The translations under genes were made by a program, and so were the position numbers. A stretch of 64,000 bases of DNA from an uncultured Cytophagia bacterium (lineage in GTDB: Bacteria > Zhuqueibacterota > Zhuqueibacteria > Residuimicrobiales > Residuimicrobiaceae), in assembly GCA_964387285.1 (NCBI GenBank), contig CAYLWO010000002.1, positions 4,070 through 68,069 on the forward strand, given 5' to 3'. Of this stretch, positions 28,134 to 38,822 are shown piece by piece. Position 1 is the first letter of the stretch, and each line of letters begins with the position of its first letter. The notes below the pieces were generated by a model. It made no database searches, was not told the origin of the DNA, and was given only the letters and a program-made list of their open reading frames with translations.

Positions 28134-28167
28134 ACAAAACGACCTCTCTCATAGGGGTAAATTCATC

Positions 28168-28213
28168 ATCTTTTCTGTCAGGGGCGCGCTAAACGCGCCT
28201 CTGCAGAAAAGAT
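28168..28213. other. Long nested palindromic hairpin between jag-like and mpl
   Basis: atcttttctgtcaggggcgcgctaaacgcgcctctgcagaaaagat has outer arms atcttttctg(t)cag/ctgcagaaaagat and inner arms ggcgcg/cgcgcc. Confidence 0.4.
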
Positions 28214-28219
28214 GTTTTG

Positions 28220-29635
28220 TTATCGCACTGCTTTTAATAATTTTTCATGAATTCCGCCAAAAAAACCATTGCTGAAGGTTATCACAACATCGCCCGGATG
28301 CAGGCGCGGCTGCAAAAAATCAACCATGGCGTCAACCGTCTCAACATAAAACGCCTCTTTGTTCAAAATCCGCAAATCTTTAATCAATTGTTCGCAGGAA
28401 AAAACCTGACCGACCGGCGCTTTATCCGGACGATCCACTGCTGAGACTAAAATGCCGTCGGCATATTGCAGCGCTTCGGCCATCTCTTTCTGAAATACCG
28501 AGCGCCGCGTGGTGGCGGTTCTCGGTTCAAACAACGCCCAAATTTTCTTTTGCGGATGCAATCTGCGAAATCCGATCAACGTTTCGCGAATGGCTGTTGG
28601 ATGATGACCAAAATCATCAAAAATATGTATTCCGTTGACCTCGCCCTTGAGTTCCAGTCGTCGTTTGACATTGGCAAAGGTGGCCAAGCCGTGGCGCATG
28701 GTTTCCACATCCAATCCGACATGCCGGCCAACGGCAAACGCAGCCAGGCTGTTGCGGATGTTGTGATCGCCGAACATCGGAATAAAAACGCGGGTTATCC
28801 GCTTTTCTTCCGCCAGGATGTCAAAATTTTGCCCCTCAGCGGATTGTTCGATTCGATCCGCACGCCAGTAATTATCCATAGTTAAACCAAAAGAATGCAC
28901 CGGACAAAATGCCCGGGCGCACACTTCCCGCACCGTGGGAAAGTCATAGCAGGCAGCCAAAAGACCGTTCCGGGGTATCAGATTGACAAACCGGCGAAAC
29001 GCCAATTTTATTTCATCCAGAGAGGAATAAATATCCGCATGATCAAACTCTACATGGTTGATCACGCCGATATCCGGCATATAGCGCAAGAACTTGGCGG
29101 CTTTATCAAAGAAAGCCGAGTCGTATTCATCGCCTTCCAGGATGATGTCGTTGCCGCTGCCGATTTGGAAACCACGGCCAAAGTTATTGGGAATGCCGCC
29201 GATGAGAAAACTGGGGTTTTTCCCTGCGGTTTCGAACAACCAGGCCAGCAGGGCGCTGGTGGTCGTTTTACCGTGCGTGCCGGTGATCACAATGGAACGT
29301 CGCCCACGGATGCACAGCTCGCGCAACGCATCGGGCAAAGAAAGATAGGGTATATGCCGATCCAGTATTTCTTCAATCTCGACATTGCCGCGGGAAATGA
29401 CATTGCCGATCACCACCAAATCCGGACCGCTGTCCAAATGAGACGGATGAAAACCGTCAAAAACCGGAATGCCCTGTTGCTCCAAAAAAGTACTCATGGG
29501 CGGATAAACGCCGGAATCGGAACCATACACTTCATAGCCCATCTGTTTCAGCATGGCTGCGAGCGAGGCCATCGCCGTGCCGCAGATGGCCAAAAAATAA
29601 ATCTTGTGCGCTTTCTGCAGATCCCTGTTCATCAC
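28220..29635 (-). CDS. mpl: UDP-N-acetylmuramate:L-alanyl-gamma-D-glutamyl-meso-DAP ligase
   Basis: N-term ...IYFLAICGTAMASLAAML...YPPMSTFLEQQGI closely parallels Mpl. Mur ligase central and C-terminal domains are present. Confidence 0.85.
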   Translation of the reverse strand: MMNRDLQKAHKIYFLAICGTAMASLAAMLKQMGYEVYGSDSGVYPPMSTFLEQQGIPVFDGFHPSHLDSGPDLVVIGNVISRGNVEIEEILDRHIPYLSLPDALRELCIRGRRSIVITGTHGKTTTSALLAWLFETAGKNPSFLIGGIPNNFGRGFQIGSGNDIILEGDEYDSAFFDKAAKFLRYMPDIGVINHVEFDHADIYSSLDEIKLAFRRFVNLIPRNGLLAACYDFPTVREVCARAFCPVHSFGLTMDNYWRADRIEQSAEGQNFDILAEEKRITRVFIPMFGDHNIRNSLAAFAVGRHVGLDVETMRHGLATFANVKRRLELKGEVNGIHIFDDFGHHPTAIRETLIGFRRLHPQKKIWALFEPRTATTRRSVFQKEMAEALQYADGILVSAVDRPDKAPVGQVFSCEQLIKDLRILNKEAFYVETVDAMVDFLQPRLHPGDVVITFSNGFFGGIHEKLLKAVR

Positions 29636-30519
29636 GGGGCCGTAATCTGTTTCATCAGTGCCGGAAAATCCGCATCTGTTACTTTGGTCACACCCTGCTT
29701 ATCAACAAGCAGATTAGCCACGCGACCGCGATCACCGGCATTGCCCAAATCCTGGTTGTTCAAATACAACCGCACGCCGCCGGCATTGCCGATCTTTAAA
29801 TAAAAACGGGTGAACGAGGTCCAGGAACGTCCATCTCCCGGGGAAAACATGCCTTCATCCGCCAACGTATCTTGATAAACGATGCGCACCCAGGCGCTGT
29901 CGGAAACCTTGATGGTCAGGTTCAACGCATCAGCCGGCCGCTGTTCGACCTGGACCGATTCATTCAGGGGAATCAGGTTGCTGGTGTCTGCCGGAACGCC
30001 CGGTTCAATTTTTTCCACCACGGTGCCGGTATCCAACAACGGCGTTTCATCGGCGGATCGCAAGAAAAGAAAATAAACGGTGGCAACGAACACCGCTAAA
30101 ACCGCAAACACGCCGACAAGCAAAATCCTTTGATCCCGGGGATTGTCATGGGCACTGATCTCATTTTTACTGACGGATTCAAGAGGAATTTCTTTAACAT
30201 CAGCATCGGACAAATGCAATGGCGTTTCTTTTTTACTTTCGACCTGCGGTGATTCGGCCGGCTTGTCCACCGGTTTGGCGGCATCCAAAGTCAGAAATTG
30301 ACGGACCATTACATCCGGATCCAGACCCAGCTCCATTGACAGAGTACGGATAAAAGCGCGCACATAGACGCTTGGCAAAAATTTAAAATCCCCGTTTTCC
30401 ATTGCCTCGATAAAACGATCCGCAATTTTTGTTTTTGCGGACAACTGGGCAATGGTCAGCCCCTTCAACTCGCGCTGACGGATAAATTCCTGGGCGATAA
30501 AATTTGCTGTTTCTGTCAC
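29632..30519 (-). CDS. rodZ: RodZ-like cytoskeleton protein (HTH_25 + TM + DUF4115-like)
   Basis: N-terminal HTH LKGLTIAQLSAKTKIADRFIEAMENGDF. A central TM helix. C-terminal beta-rich domain. Confidence 0.65.
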   Translation of the reverse strand: MTETANFIAQEFIRQRELKGLTIAQLSAKTKIADRFIEAMENGDFKFLPSVYVRAFIRTLSMELGLDPDVMVRQFLTLDAAKPVDKPAESPQVESKKETPLHLSDADVKEIPLESVSKNEISAHDNPRDQRILLVGVFAVLAVFVATVYFLFLRSADETPLLDTGTVVEKIEPGVPADTSNLIPLNESVQVEQRPADALNLTIKVSDSAWVRIVYQDTLADEGMFSPGDGRSWTSFTRFYLKIGNAGGVRLYLNNQDLGNAGDRGRVANLLVDKQGVTKVTDADFPALMKQITAP

Positions 30520-31121
30520 AATCTTCCTAACTGATTTTTTAAGAATTCCAAAAGCGTAAGATAGAATTTGGTTAAAGGAAAACCCACAACGTTATAAAAA
30601 CACCCCTCGATGCGATCAGCGAAAACCGCGCTCTGATCCTGTATGCCGTAGGCGCCGGCTTTATCCATCGGACCGTCGCTGCTTGCATAGTTATTTATTT
30701 CCCAATCCTGCAAAGGCCGAAAATGCACGGCGGTAACCTCGTAATCCGACACCGACCGTCCGGACGGCTGATCGATCAGGGAAAACCCGGTAAATACATG
30801 GTGCGTGCGGCCGCTTAATCTGGTCAACATCTCTATAGCGTGCTCCGGATTGTCTGGCTTGCCGAGAATTTCCCCATCGAGCACAACGATCGTATCAGCG
30901 CCGATTATGATCCCCTTTTTCACCAATCCGGATACTTCTTGCGCCTTGGCCAGAGATTGGCGCAGCACGTGATTGATCGGATCAGGTTCATCCACCCCAT
31001 TTTCATCATGACCGCTGACCAGCACGGTAAACGGCAACTGCAACAAGGACAACAGCTGACGACGTCGCGGCGATTGCGACGCCAGCACATAATTGTACTG
31101 TTGCAATGAATGATACATCAC
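30516..31121 (-). CDS. maf: Maf-like nucleoside triphosphate pyrophosphatase
   Basis: VLASQSPRRRQLL...GADTIVVLDGEILGKP conserved Maf motifs. Confidence 0.85.
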   Translation of the reverse strand: MMYHSLQQYNYVLASQSPRRRQLLSLLQLPFTVLVSGHDENGVDEPDPINHVLRQSLAKAQEVSGLVKKGIIIGADTIVVLDGEILGKPDNPEHAIEMLTRLSGRTHHVFTGFSLIDQPSGRSVSDYEVTAVHFRPLQDWEINNYASSDGPMDKAGAYGIQDQSAVFADRIEGCFYNVVGFPLTKFYLTLLEFLKNQLGRL

Positions 31122-31576
31122 TCTTCCCGTCGTTTGTCGTCGCTGTCCAACCAGATTGTAAAAGGGCCGGCGTTGTGCAACTCTACCAACATGTCGGCGC
31201 CGAATTCACCTTCCTGAACATCGATTTGATAGGATCGTAAAAACTCTACAAAACGGTGATAGAGCGCTTCCGCCATTTCCGGTTTGCCTGCATAGGAAAA
31301 TCCCGGTCGCCGTCCCCGTGTACAATCAGCATATAAGGTGAACTGAGAAACAGCCAGAACAGCGCCTTTAACATCTAAAAGGGAAAGATTTGTTTTGCCG
31401 CCTGCATCCTCAAAAATTCTTAAATTCACGACGCGGTCGGCCAGATAACGCGCGACCGCTTCATCGTCGCCTTCTCGCACGCCTAAAAATACGGTCAATC
31501 CGAGATCAATCTTGCCGATGAGGTTGCCGTGAACGGTCACAGATGCTTTTTTTACCCGTTGTAAAAGAACTCGCAT
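31118..31576 (-). CDS. dtd: D-aminoacyl-tRNA deacylase
   Basis: MRVLLQRVKKASVTV...GLTVFLGV and C-terminal SQFTLYAD...GRRP motifs of Dtd. Confidence 0.9.
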   Translation of the reverse strand: MRVLLQRVKKASVTVHGNLIGKIDLGLTVFLGVREGDDEAVARYLADRVVNLRIFEDAGGKTNLSLLDVKGAVLAVSQFTLYADCTRGRRPGFSYAGKPEMAEALYHRFVEFLRSYQIDVQEGEFGADMLVELHNAGPFTIWLDSDDKRREE

Positions 31577-31596
31577 GCTTGTACTTTATTTTACTC

Positions 31597-32439
31597 TTAT
31601 CCCAAAACAATGGCCACCAGACCTAAAACCATCGCGGTTTTAAGCAACAGGCTGGTGCGCCGCAATCCGAGGCTATCGGGCATCGGCCACAGTTTTATTA
31701 TCAACCAAAAGAGCAATGGATTCACTAAAACCATCACAACAGCGAAATAGCCAGGACCATAAAAACCCAACGCAAACGCGAGTATGGTCACCGCCATCAG
31801 CGCCAGGAGAATGGCGGCGATCATGATTCGGGCCACCGGCACGCCATATACAATCGGCAAGGTCCGCGCCTGCAACTTTTTATCGCCGGGAATATCCTCA
31901 ATGTCCTTGACGATTTCTCTGGCCCAATTGATCAAGAAGGCAAATATCGCCGGCAGAACAGCGGGCGCCACATGCCCGGCAACCATACCGCCGAACAGAA
32001 AAGTCAGCCCCGTACTAAAACTTACCGTTATGTTGCCCCACACCGCTGTTTGTTTTAAAAACGCACTATATAGCACCAAGAGCCCCTGAGCGCCCAAAAC
32101 AATCAAAAAAACCACCAAACTGATCTGGACGGCAAAAAGCAACGCCAGTAAAAAAAAACAGATGGAAATCGTAATCGCCTGTTTCGAAGTCAATAATCCG
32201 GCAGGCAATGGCCGTTCCGGTCGGTTGATGCGATCAATTTCAACATCAAAAAAATCGTTAATGGCATTTGCACCGCCGGCCACCAGGCCGGTAATGCCGG
32301 CAGCCAGGACCAACCGCAGCCAGGCCGTTGTTGGATTACAAATCAACACCGCAATCACCGCCGAGAACATCGAAATCACGACATTGATCGGTCTGATAAT
32401 GGTCGATAAACCTTTAAGTGTTGCAGCACCGGTTCTCAT
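31597..32439 (-). CDS. UbiA-family prenyltransferase (about 280 aa, DGGGP-synthase-sized)
   Basis: Asp-rich motif NAINDFFDVEIDRINRPERPLPAG. About 8 TM helices. Confidence 0.75.
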   Translation of the reverse strand: MRTGAATLKGLSTIIRPINVVISMFSAVIAVLICNPTTAWLRLVLAAGITGLVAGGANAINDFFDVEIDRINRPERPLPAGLLTSKQAITISICFFLLALLFAVQISLVVFLIVLGAQGLLVLYSAFLKQTAVWGNITVSFSTGLTFLFGGMVAGHVAPAVLPAIFAFLINWAREIVKDIEDIPGDKKLQARTLPIVYGVPVARIMIAAILLALMAVTILAFALGFYGPGYFAVVMVLVNPLLFWLIIKLWPMPDSLGLRRTSLLLKTAMVLGLVAIVLG

Positions 32440-32564
32440 GGATGTAATCCGAGCATAATCATAAATATAAGATTCTTGGCCAAAAAATGCAACAGCAAAT
32501 TCTTTTAAATAATGATTGAATATTAGGATAAAAATTTATACCATTTAGAAAAACAAGGAGTGTT

Positions 32565-33650
32565 ATGAAATTGTTGCCTTTGCGCCAACCCCGACCCGAC
32601 CAACAGGCCTTTATCGACGCTTTGCTGCAGGCACAACCGGGGCAGCACGTTCCCCTGGTGGAATACATTATCGACGATGTGGTTCTCAGGCCCATTGTCA
32701 CAGATTTGCTTGACGGCGTCTGGCATCCTTTTGGCGCTGATCGCGCCTCGCAAAAAGCCTATTTGGACAACTTTATCCGTGTTTGGCATCGCCTCGGTTA
32801 TGATTGCGTGCGTTATGAAACAGGCCTGTGCTTTCAACCAAATGTGCTGCAAGCCGCGGATATCGGGCCGGATCCGCAAAAAATCAGGCAGTGGGATGAA
32901 CAGCATCAGGGCGTCATCTCCACATGGCAGGATTTCGAATCATTTTCCTGGCCGACTGTGGAACAGGTGGATTTATTCGCCATGGAATATCTCAATTCCC
33001 ATTTGCCGGAAGGTATGGGCCTGATAACCTGTCATGCTGCCGGCGTTTTTGAGCATGTCAGCAAAATTTTTTCTTATGAAGGTTTGTGCTATGCGCTGAT
33101 GGACCAACCGGATCTGGTGCAAGCCGTGGTTGATAAAGTGGGCGGTCTGCTGGAAGCTTATTATCGCGTCCTCCTGCAAATGCACAACGTGGTGGCCATT
33201 TTTCAGGGCGACGACATGGGCTTTCATTCGGCCACCCTTATCAGCCCAACGGATTTGCAGACCTATTTCTTACCCTGGCATAAACGATTAGCGCAATTGA
33301 CCCACGATCAGGGCCGACCCTATTTTCTGCACTCGTGCGGACGCATTACCGATATTATGGACAGCCTGATTCAGGACGTGCACATCGACGGAAAACATTC
33401 CTTTGAAGATTCCATCATTCCGGTCCAAGAATTCCAAAAACAGTATGGCGAGTACATCGCGGTACTTGGCGGCGTGGACATCAACATCCTCTCTGCCGGA
33501 ACGCCGGAACAGGTACGGCAGAAGACCAGACAACTCATCGAGCAGTGCGGCAGCCGCGGCCGTTACGCGATCGGATCCGGCAACTCGGTGCCCAGTTATG
33601 TGCCTGCGAAAAATTTTCTGACAATGGTTGAAGAAGCAAACCGGCAATAA
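32565..33650 (+). CDS. Uroporphyrinogen decarboxylase (URO-D) family protein, MtaA/CmuA-like
   Basis: URO-D fold motifs in the C-terminal half (DDMGFHSATLISP, YFLHSCG). 361 aa. Confidence 0.65.
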   Translation: MKLLPLRQPRPDQQAFIDALLQAQPGQHVPLVEYIIDDVVLRPIVTDLLDGVWHPFGADRASQKAYLDNFIRVWHRLGYDCVRYETGLCFQPNVLQAADIGPDPQKIRQWDEQHQGVISTWQDFESFSWPTVEQVDLFAMEYLNSHLPEGMGLITCHAAGVFEHVSKIFSYEGLCYALMDQPDLVQAVVDKVGGLLEAYYRVLLQMHNVVAIFQGDDMGFHSATLISPTDLQTYFLPWHKRLAQLTHDQGRPYFLHSCGRITDIMDSLIQDVHIDGKHSFEDSIIPVQEFQKQYGEYIAVLGGVDINILSAGTPEQVRQKTRQLIEQCGSRGRYAIGSGNSVPSYVPAKNFLTMVEEANRQ

Positions 33651-33748
33651 AAATTTCCGATTTGCTGATACTTCTCCCCATAAAAAAACGACGCCCGGAA
33701 TGGTGCGTCGTTTTTTTCTCTCACGCGGTTAAAAATCCACGTTACAGA

Positions 33749-35224
33749 TCAATAAGTTGTTGTGCTGGTGCTTGAAGCGTCCCTGTTCGGATCGATCCAG
33801 CGCGTCCATTCCGTATCGTATAGTTCTCCGCGCGCCGTAGAGTGCACCAGTTCGTAATCGCTCATTTCTCGTTTATCCACAAAGACAAAATCTACGCCGC
33901 CCTGCACCTGATAATAATGCCAAATCTCATAGGAACGGTTTTGATTGCTGAACGGGAAGCGTTCCGGTTCATCGGGGTGACCATAAATCAACAGCACGCG
34001 TCCCCGATCGGTGCGCCAACCGTCGCGAAATGTGCCGCGGTAATGTTGATTGGCATATTCCACGCGATTGAGATAACCGCGTTTGTATTCATTCTCCGGC
34101 GTACCCGGTGTTTGATCTCTACGGGACCAAAACTCTTTGATATAGTTCCGTTTGCCGTCCAGATTCAATTTTTTATAAGTATCGCGCTCCTCCTTGGTGG
34201 CGATATAGCGGACATATTCGAATTCCTGGTTGATCTCTTTCTCGGTCATGTTGTTGTAGCGTTCGGCGTCCGTGCCCGCACTGCCGACGTTTTGCACGTC
34301 TTCCTTCTTTTGAAATTTTTCACCGCCTTCGGCATAATCTTCCTGCCGGTAAACGAAAAATTTATGATTCGCTTTCGCGGCCTTGTTCGTTTCCAGGTCC
34401 GTCACTTCCACCTCAAGCAGGTAAGCGCCGGAAAGCAGCGTCACCACATTGGCAGCATTGACCTCAACAGCGGATGAGCCGGGTTTTTTGCGCTCGCGGA
34501 CGCCCATATTTTTGACGAGTTTGCCGTCACTGTTCAGTACTCTGTACTCGATGCGATACTTGCCGCCCGCTTCGGTTCTTGCCGGCGCCAGATTATAAAC
34601 TTCCATATAAGTATAGAGAATCGGCACGCCAATGCCGTAGAGCCCTGTCGGATTAGGCGTCACGCGAAAGCCGTTTTTACTAAAAGCGCTTTGCACCGTA
34701 TCGCGCTCAATGTTGCTGGATATCTGAATATCCGAAAGCAGCAACGAGTCCGGGCCGAAGGTTCGCGGCTTGACTGGCCACTCGAGCGCACTGGCGCTGG
34801 CCGGATTATGAGGATCCTGCAAGGTCAATCGGATTTTGTGCGGTTTCAGCGGCACGACAAAACTGTTCAGACAAAACAATCTTTGCCCTTCGCCAAGCTC
34901 CGCCAAACTGTCCACCTGGTTGACGTTTTTCCACATTTTCCGGTTGATGACAGAATCTTGCTCCAACAAATCGGCCGTGACCAGGAACTCTCCTTTGAAT
35001 TTTGCTTTATCTGCAACGTACTTGAGCTGTGAGCGGTCAAGGGAAGCTGCAAATTCGACAAACATCAAACTGTCGGAATAACGATAACGTGAGCAGTCAA
35101 CGGCAAAGCGCAACCGCTCGTTTGCATTTGCAGAATCGGATTGCGCTTGTGTCCAGGCTGGTTTTTCCGACAAACAAACCAACATCAGGATAACAGCCAG
35201 AATGGTTTTATCACGGCATTGCAT
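33749..35224 (-). CDS. Secreted GWxTD-domain protein
   Basis: C-terminal DGWRTDRGRVLLIYGHPDE (GWxTD). Start chosen at MQCRDKT..., preceded by GGAAGGAG. Signal peptide ILAVILMLVCLS. Confidence 0.7.
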   Translation of the reverse strand: MQCRDKTILAVILMLVCLSEKPAWTQAQSDSANANERLRFAVDCSRYRYSDSLMFVEFAASLDRSQLKYVADKAKFKGEFLVTADLLEQDSVINRKMWKNVNQVDSLAELGEGQRLFCLNSFVVPLKPHKIRLTLQDPHNPASASALEWPVKPRTFGPDSLLLSDIQISSNIERDTVQSAFSKNGFRVTPNPTGLYGIGVPILYTYMEVYNLAPARTEAGGKYRIEYRVLNSDGKLVKNMGVRERKKPGSSAVEVNAANVVTLLSGAYLLEVEVTDLETNKAAKANHKFFVYRQEDYAEGGEKFQKKEDVQNVGSAGTDAERYNNMTEKEINQEFEYVRYIATKEERDTYKKLNLDGKRNYIKEFWSRRDQTPGTPENEYKRGYLNRVEYANQHYRGTFRDGWRTDRGRVLLIYGHPDEPERFPFSNQNRSYEIWHYYQVQGGVDFVFVDKREMSDYELVHSTARGELYDTEWTRWIDPNRDASSTSTTTY

Positions 35225-35261
35225 GAGTACGGCTCCTTCCAGGATGCCCTTTTCCAAAAGA

Positions 35262-38200
35262 TTAATTGTTTGCGGCTGTGTTTTGAGCTGCGTCAAATTT
35301 AACGGACACAACCTTTGACACGCCCTTTTCTTCCATGGTGATGCCGTAAAGTTGATCCGCAGCGCGCATGGTCATCTTGTTATGCGTTACCACCATGAAT
35401 TGCGTGTTTTTCGAAAACTCTTTCAAGGCATTGGTGAAACGCGTTACATTACGATCATCCAACGGCGCGTCCACTTCATCAAATATGCAAAACGGGCTCG
35501 GTTTATACAGATAAATGGCAAACAACAACGAGATGGCGGTCAATGATTTTTCCCCGCCGGAGAGCAACGTCAGGGCCGTCATTTTTTTGCCGCCGGGGGT
35601 GGCGAGAATATCAATCTCCGCCTCCAGCGGATCTGCCGTTTCCTGCAAAGCCAGACTGGCGCGGCCGCCTTCAAAAAAAGTACCGAACACCTGGGAAAAA
35701 TTGACCTGCACCTTTTCAAAAGTCTCCATGAATTTTTGCCGTGCGGTCGAATTGATGATGTCGATGGTTTCCGTCAGATTCTTGCGCGCCTTGATCAAAT
35801 CATCGCGTTGCGCCTGCAAAAACTCCATGCGTTCCTTTTCCTGCTCAAACTCTTTCAACGAAAGCAGATTGACCGGTCCCACCTCTTTGATTTTTTCGCG
35901 CATCTCTTCAATGAGTTTCGTGGTTTCTTCCGCGTTAAAAGCCTCGTCCACCGCTCCTCGTTGCAGCGTGTATTCAAACTCTTCGCGCATGCGCGATTTC
36001 AAGTTCTCCAGCCGCAGCTTTAACTCGGACACCCGGAGTTCTATCTTGTGCACCGACTCGGCCAGTTCGTCCAGTTTGCCGCGCTCGGTGCGAATGGCTT
36101 TTTCCTGTTCTGCCACATGGGTGTTGGTTTGAAATTGCTGCTCCTCCAGCTGGGTCAACTCTGTCTGCAAGATCTCCTTTTTGCCGTCTAGTTCCTGAAC
36201 CCGGTTATTATACTCCTGATTGGCCTCATTTAGTTCCAAAATTTCCTTGTGCGCCCGGTCGGTTTCCTCGGTGCGCATGCGGATCAGACCCTGGGTCTCC
36301 TGCACCTGGCGCAGAATCGAATCGCTCTCCCGTTTAAGCGCTTCGAAATCACTCTGCAGCTTGGCCACCTGCACATTGATCTCCTGCAGACGAATAGATG
36401 CCTTCGCCATGGTCTGTTCCGCCTGCTTGATCTCCTCGCCCAATTGATTGGCCAGCTGTCCCAACTGTTGACGACGTGCGGTCAAATCATCGGCGCCCAG
36501 CGCCTGCATTTCCAGATTCTGGCCCAATTGACTAACTTCGCCCAACAGATGTTGTCGCTCTGAAATCTGCTTGTTGTGCGTATCTTGCAGACTGCCTTCT
36601 TCAAAAGACATCCTGCCCAACTCGACTTTGAGATTGGCCAGGTCTTCTTCCATTTTTTTGATTTCAGCCGTTTGCACTTCAACGTCGATTTTGCTGCGCT
36701 GAATATCCACTTCCTTTTGTGCCATCTGCGTGTGTCGGCTGTCAATGGCCAGCTTTAACTTGTCGATCTCCTGCACCAGCGCCTGCAACTGTTCCTGGCG
36801 TCCGACAAAATCAGACTGATTGCGATGATTAGCGCCGCCGCGAATGTACCCGGCATGACCCAACACCTCGCCGGCCAAGGTGACCACATTGATCTGTTGC
36901 GCTTTAACCTGATTATAGATGCGGTTGGCCGTTTGCAGGTCTTGAACGACAAGGTAATGACCCAAAACCGCACGGATCAATTCATTGAACGACTCTTCGT
37001 GACTGACCAGTTCGTCAGCATAACCGACCACTCCGAGATCGCCGATCACCGGCCGGCCGTTCACATTCCATTTGATGTCATGACGCGGAGCAAACGTAAC
37101 AACGCCCCGTTTCTCTTCTTTCAACAAACCGATGCCGTTAAAAGCGGCTGTGGCATCCTCCACCACCAACCAGGTCGCGGCCTCTCCGAGGCTGGCGGAA
37201 ATCGCCGTGCGAAAATTGGGTTGTACCTGAATGATGTTGGCCAGCGGACCAAAACTGGCGAAACCGATCTCTTTGTTTGTGGCCAGATAACGGACGCCGG
37301 AAGGATAGTCTTCATAATTGTCAATAAGGCGTTTGACCAACTCGGCCTGATGCGTCAACACCTCGACCCGGTTGCGGTCCTGGCTTTCCGCTTTCTGCAT
37401 CTGTTCAAAGGACCGCTTCATCTCCTCTTCACTGCGCGTCAGTTCCGCAACTTTTTTCTTTTTCTGTTCCAGACTTGCCGACAAGCCGAGCTCACGGCTG
37501 CGTGCAGCCTGCAGCACGCCGGTGAGTTCCAAGAGCCGATCATTGATCGTCTTTTCTTCTTCGTTGATCTGCGCAATGCGACGCGACAGATTCTCTTCCG
37601 TTGCCTTGAGACGTTCGCCTTCATTTTGTTTGCGGCTTAACTCTTCGGTGATGATCAACACCTGCGACTCGGATTCACGGAAACGCACGCGTTTTTCTTC
37701 ATATTCACGGCGGATATTTTCATATTCCCGTGTTGCCTGAATCTGCTCTGTTAAATTTCCGTTCAACACTCGCTCGGATTCAGCATTGCGAGTATCGATG
37801 ATCTGTTGCTGTTCCAGCAACGCCTGCAACTTGATTTCCAGCGATTCCCGTTCCTGTATATAACGCAAATTCGACTCTTCCAACGAGCGGATGCGTTCGC
37901 TGTTGACGAGAATGCGCTCTTCAAACTTTTGCATTTCACGCATATAGTCATTAACCAGGCGCTGCTTTTCGGACAACTGACGTTCGATTTCCAGCAAACG
38001 CATACGGGTGGTTTCATAATCCGCATCGCGATTGGCCAGAACACCGGACGAGGCCTCGCGCTCGTCTCTTGCCAATGCGAGATGTGTTTCCAGCGGTTCC
38101 AATTCCAGCGACAGCTTGTTGAACTCATGATCCGCCAGTTTGATCTCCAGCGCTTTAAGCTCTTCCGCCAATTCCTGATATCGCTGCGCCTTGGCCACCT

Positions 38201-38822
38201 GTCGCCGCAGGGTGCGTACATTTTTCTCCACCTCAGACATGATGTCCTCGATGCGGATCAAATCCTTTTCCGTGGATTCCAGTTTGCGGAAAGTGGCTTT
38301 ACGGCGCAATTTGTATTTGGTGATGCCCGCGGCTTCTTCAAAAATTTTTCGCCTTTCATCCTCTTTGCCGTTGAGAATGCGTTCTACCTGCGCCAATTCG
38401 ATGACCGAATAGGTGTGCGGTCCGGCGCCCGTGTCCAGAAACAGATCCAGGATATCCTTCAATCGACAGGTGTTGCCGTTGATGAGATATTGGCTCTCGC
38501 CGGAGCGGAACAACCGGCGGGTAATGAGCACTTCAGAATAGTCAATGGGCAAAATATTTTTAGTGTTCTCAATTTTCAAAGAGACTTCAGCCATGCCTAC
38601 CGGCTTGGCCGTGGCGGAACCGTTAAAGATAACGTTTTCCATGCGATCGCTGCGCAAGGCGCCGGTGCGCTGTTCTCCCATCACCCAGCGGATCGAGTCG
38701 ACGATGTTGCTCTTGCCGCAGCCGTTAGGGCCGACAATACCGGTTATACCGTCATGAAGAACGATGTTGGTCTTTTTCGCAAACGATTTAAACCCGACGA
38801 TTGTAAGTTCAGAAAGGTACAC
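35262..38822 (-). CDS. smc: Chromosome segregation protein SMC
   Basis: N-term Walker A GPNGCGKSNIVDSIRWVMGEQ. Long coiled coils, hinge, C-terminal LSGGEKSLTAISLLFAI signature and DEVDAPLD Walker B. 1186 aa. Confidence 0.9.
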   Translation of the reverse strand: MYLSELTIVGFKSFAKKTNIVLHDGITGIVGPNGCGKSNIVDSIRWVMGEQRTGALRSDRMENVIFNGSATAKPVGMAEVSLKIENTKNILPIDYSEVLITRRLFRSGESQYLINGNTCRLKDILDLFLDTGAGPHTYSVIELAQVERILNGKEDERRKIFEEAAGITKYKLRRKATFRKLESTEKDLIRIEDIMSEVEKNVRTLRRQVAKAQRYQELAEELKALEIKLADHEFNKLSLELEPLETHLALARDEREASSGVLANRDADYETTRMRLLEIERQLSEKQRLVNDYMREMQKFEERILVNSERIRSLEESNLRYIQERESLEIKLQALLEQQQIIDTRNAESERVLNGNLTEQIQATREYENIRREYEEKRVRFRESESQVLIITEELSRKQNEGERLKATEENLSRRIAQINEEEKTINDRLLELTGVLQAARSRELGLSASLEQKKKKVAELTRSEEEMKRSFEQMQKAESQDRNRVEVLTHQAELVKRLIDNYEDYPSGVRYLATNKEIGFASFGPLANIIQVQPNFRTAISASLGEAATWLVVEDATAAFNGIGLLKEEKRGVVTFAPRHDIKWNVNGRPVIGDLGVVGYADELVSHEESFNELIRAVLGHYLVVQDLQTANRIYNQVKAQQINVVTLAGEVLGHAGYIRGGANHRNQSDFVGRQEQLQALVQEIDKLKLAIDSRHTQMAQKEVDIQRSKIDVEVQTAEIKKMEEDLANLKVELGRMSFEEGSLQDTHNKQISERQHLLGEVSQLGQNLEMQALGADDLTARRQQLGQLANQLGEEIKQAEQTMAKASIRLQEINVQVAKLQSDFEALKRESDSILRQVQETQGLIRMRTEETDRAHKEILELNEANQEYNNRVQELDGKKEILQTELTQLEEQQFQTNTHVAEQEKAIRTERGKLDELAESVHKIELRVSELKLRLENLKSRMREEFEYTLQRGAVDEAFNAEETTKLIEEMREKIKEVGPVNLLSLKEFEQEKERMEFLQAQRDDLIKARKNLTETIDIINSTARQKFMETFEKVQVNFSQVFGTFFEGGRASLALQETADPLEAEIDILATPGGKKMTALTLLSGGEKSLTAISLLFAIYLYKPSPFCIFDEVDAPLDDRNVTRFTNALKEFSKNTQFMVVTHNKMTMRAADQLYGITMEEKGVSKVVSVKFDAAQNTAANN

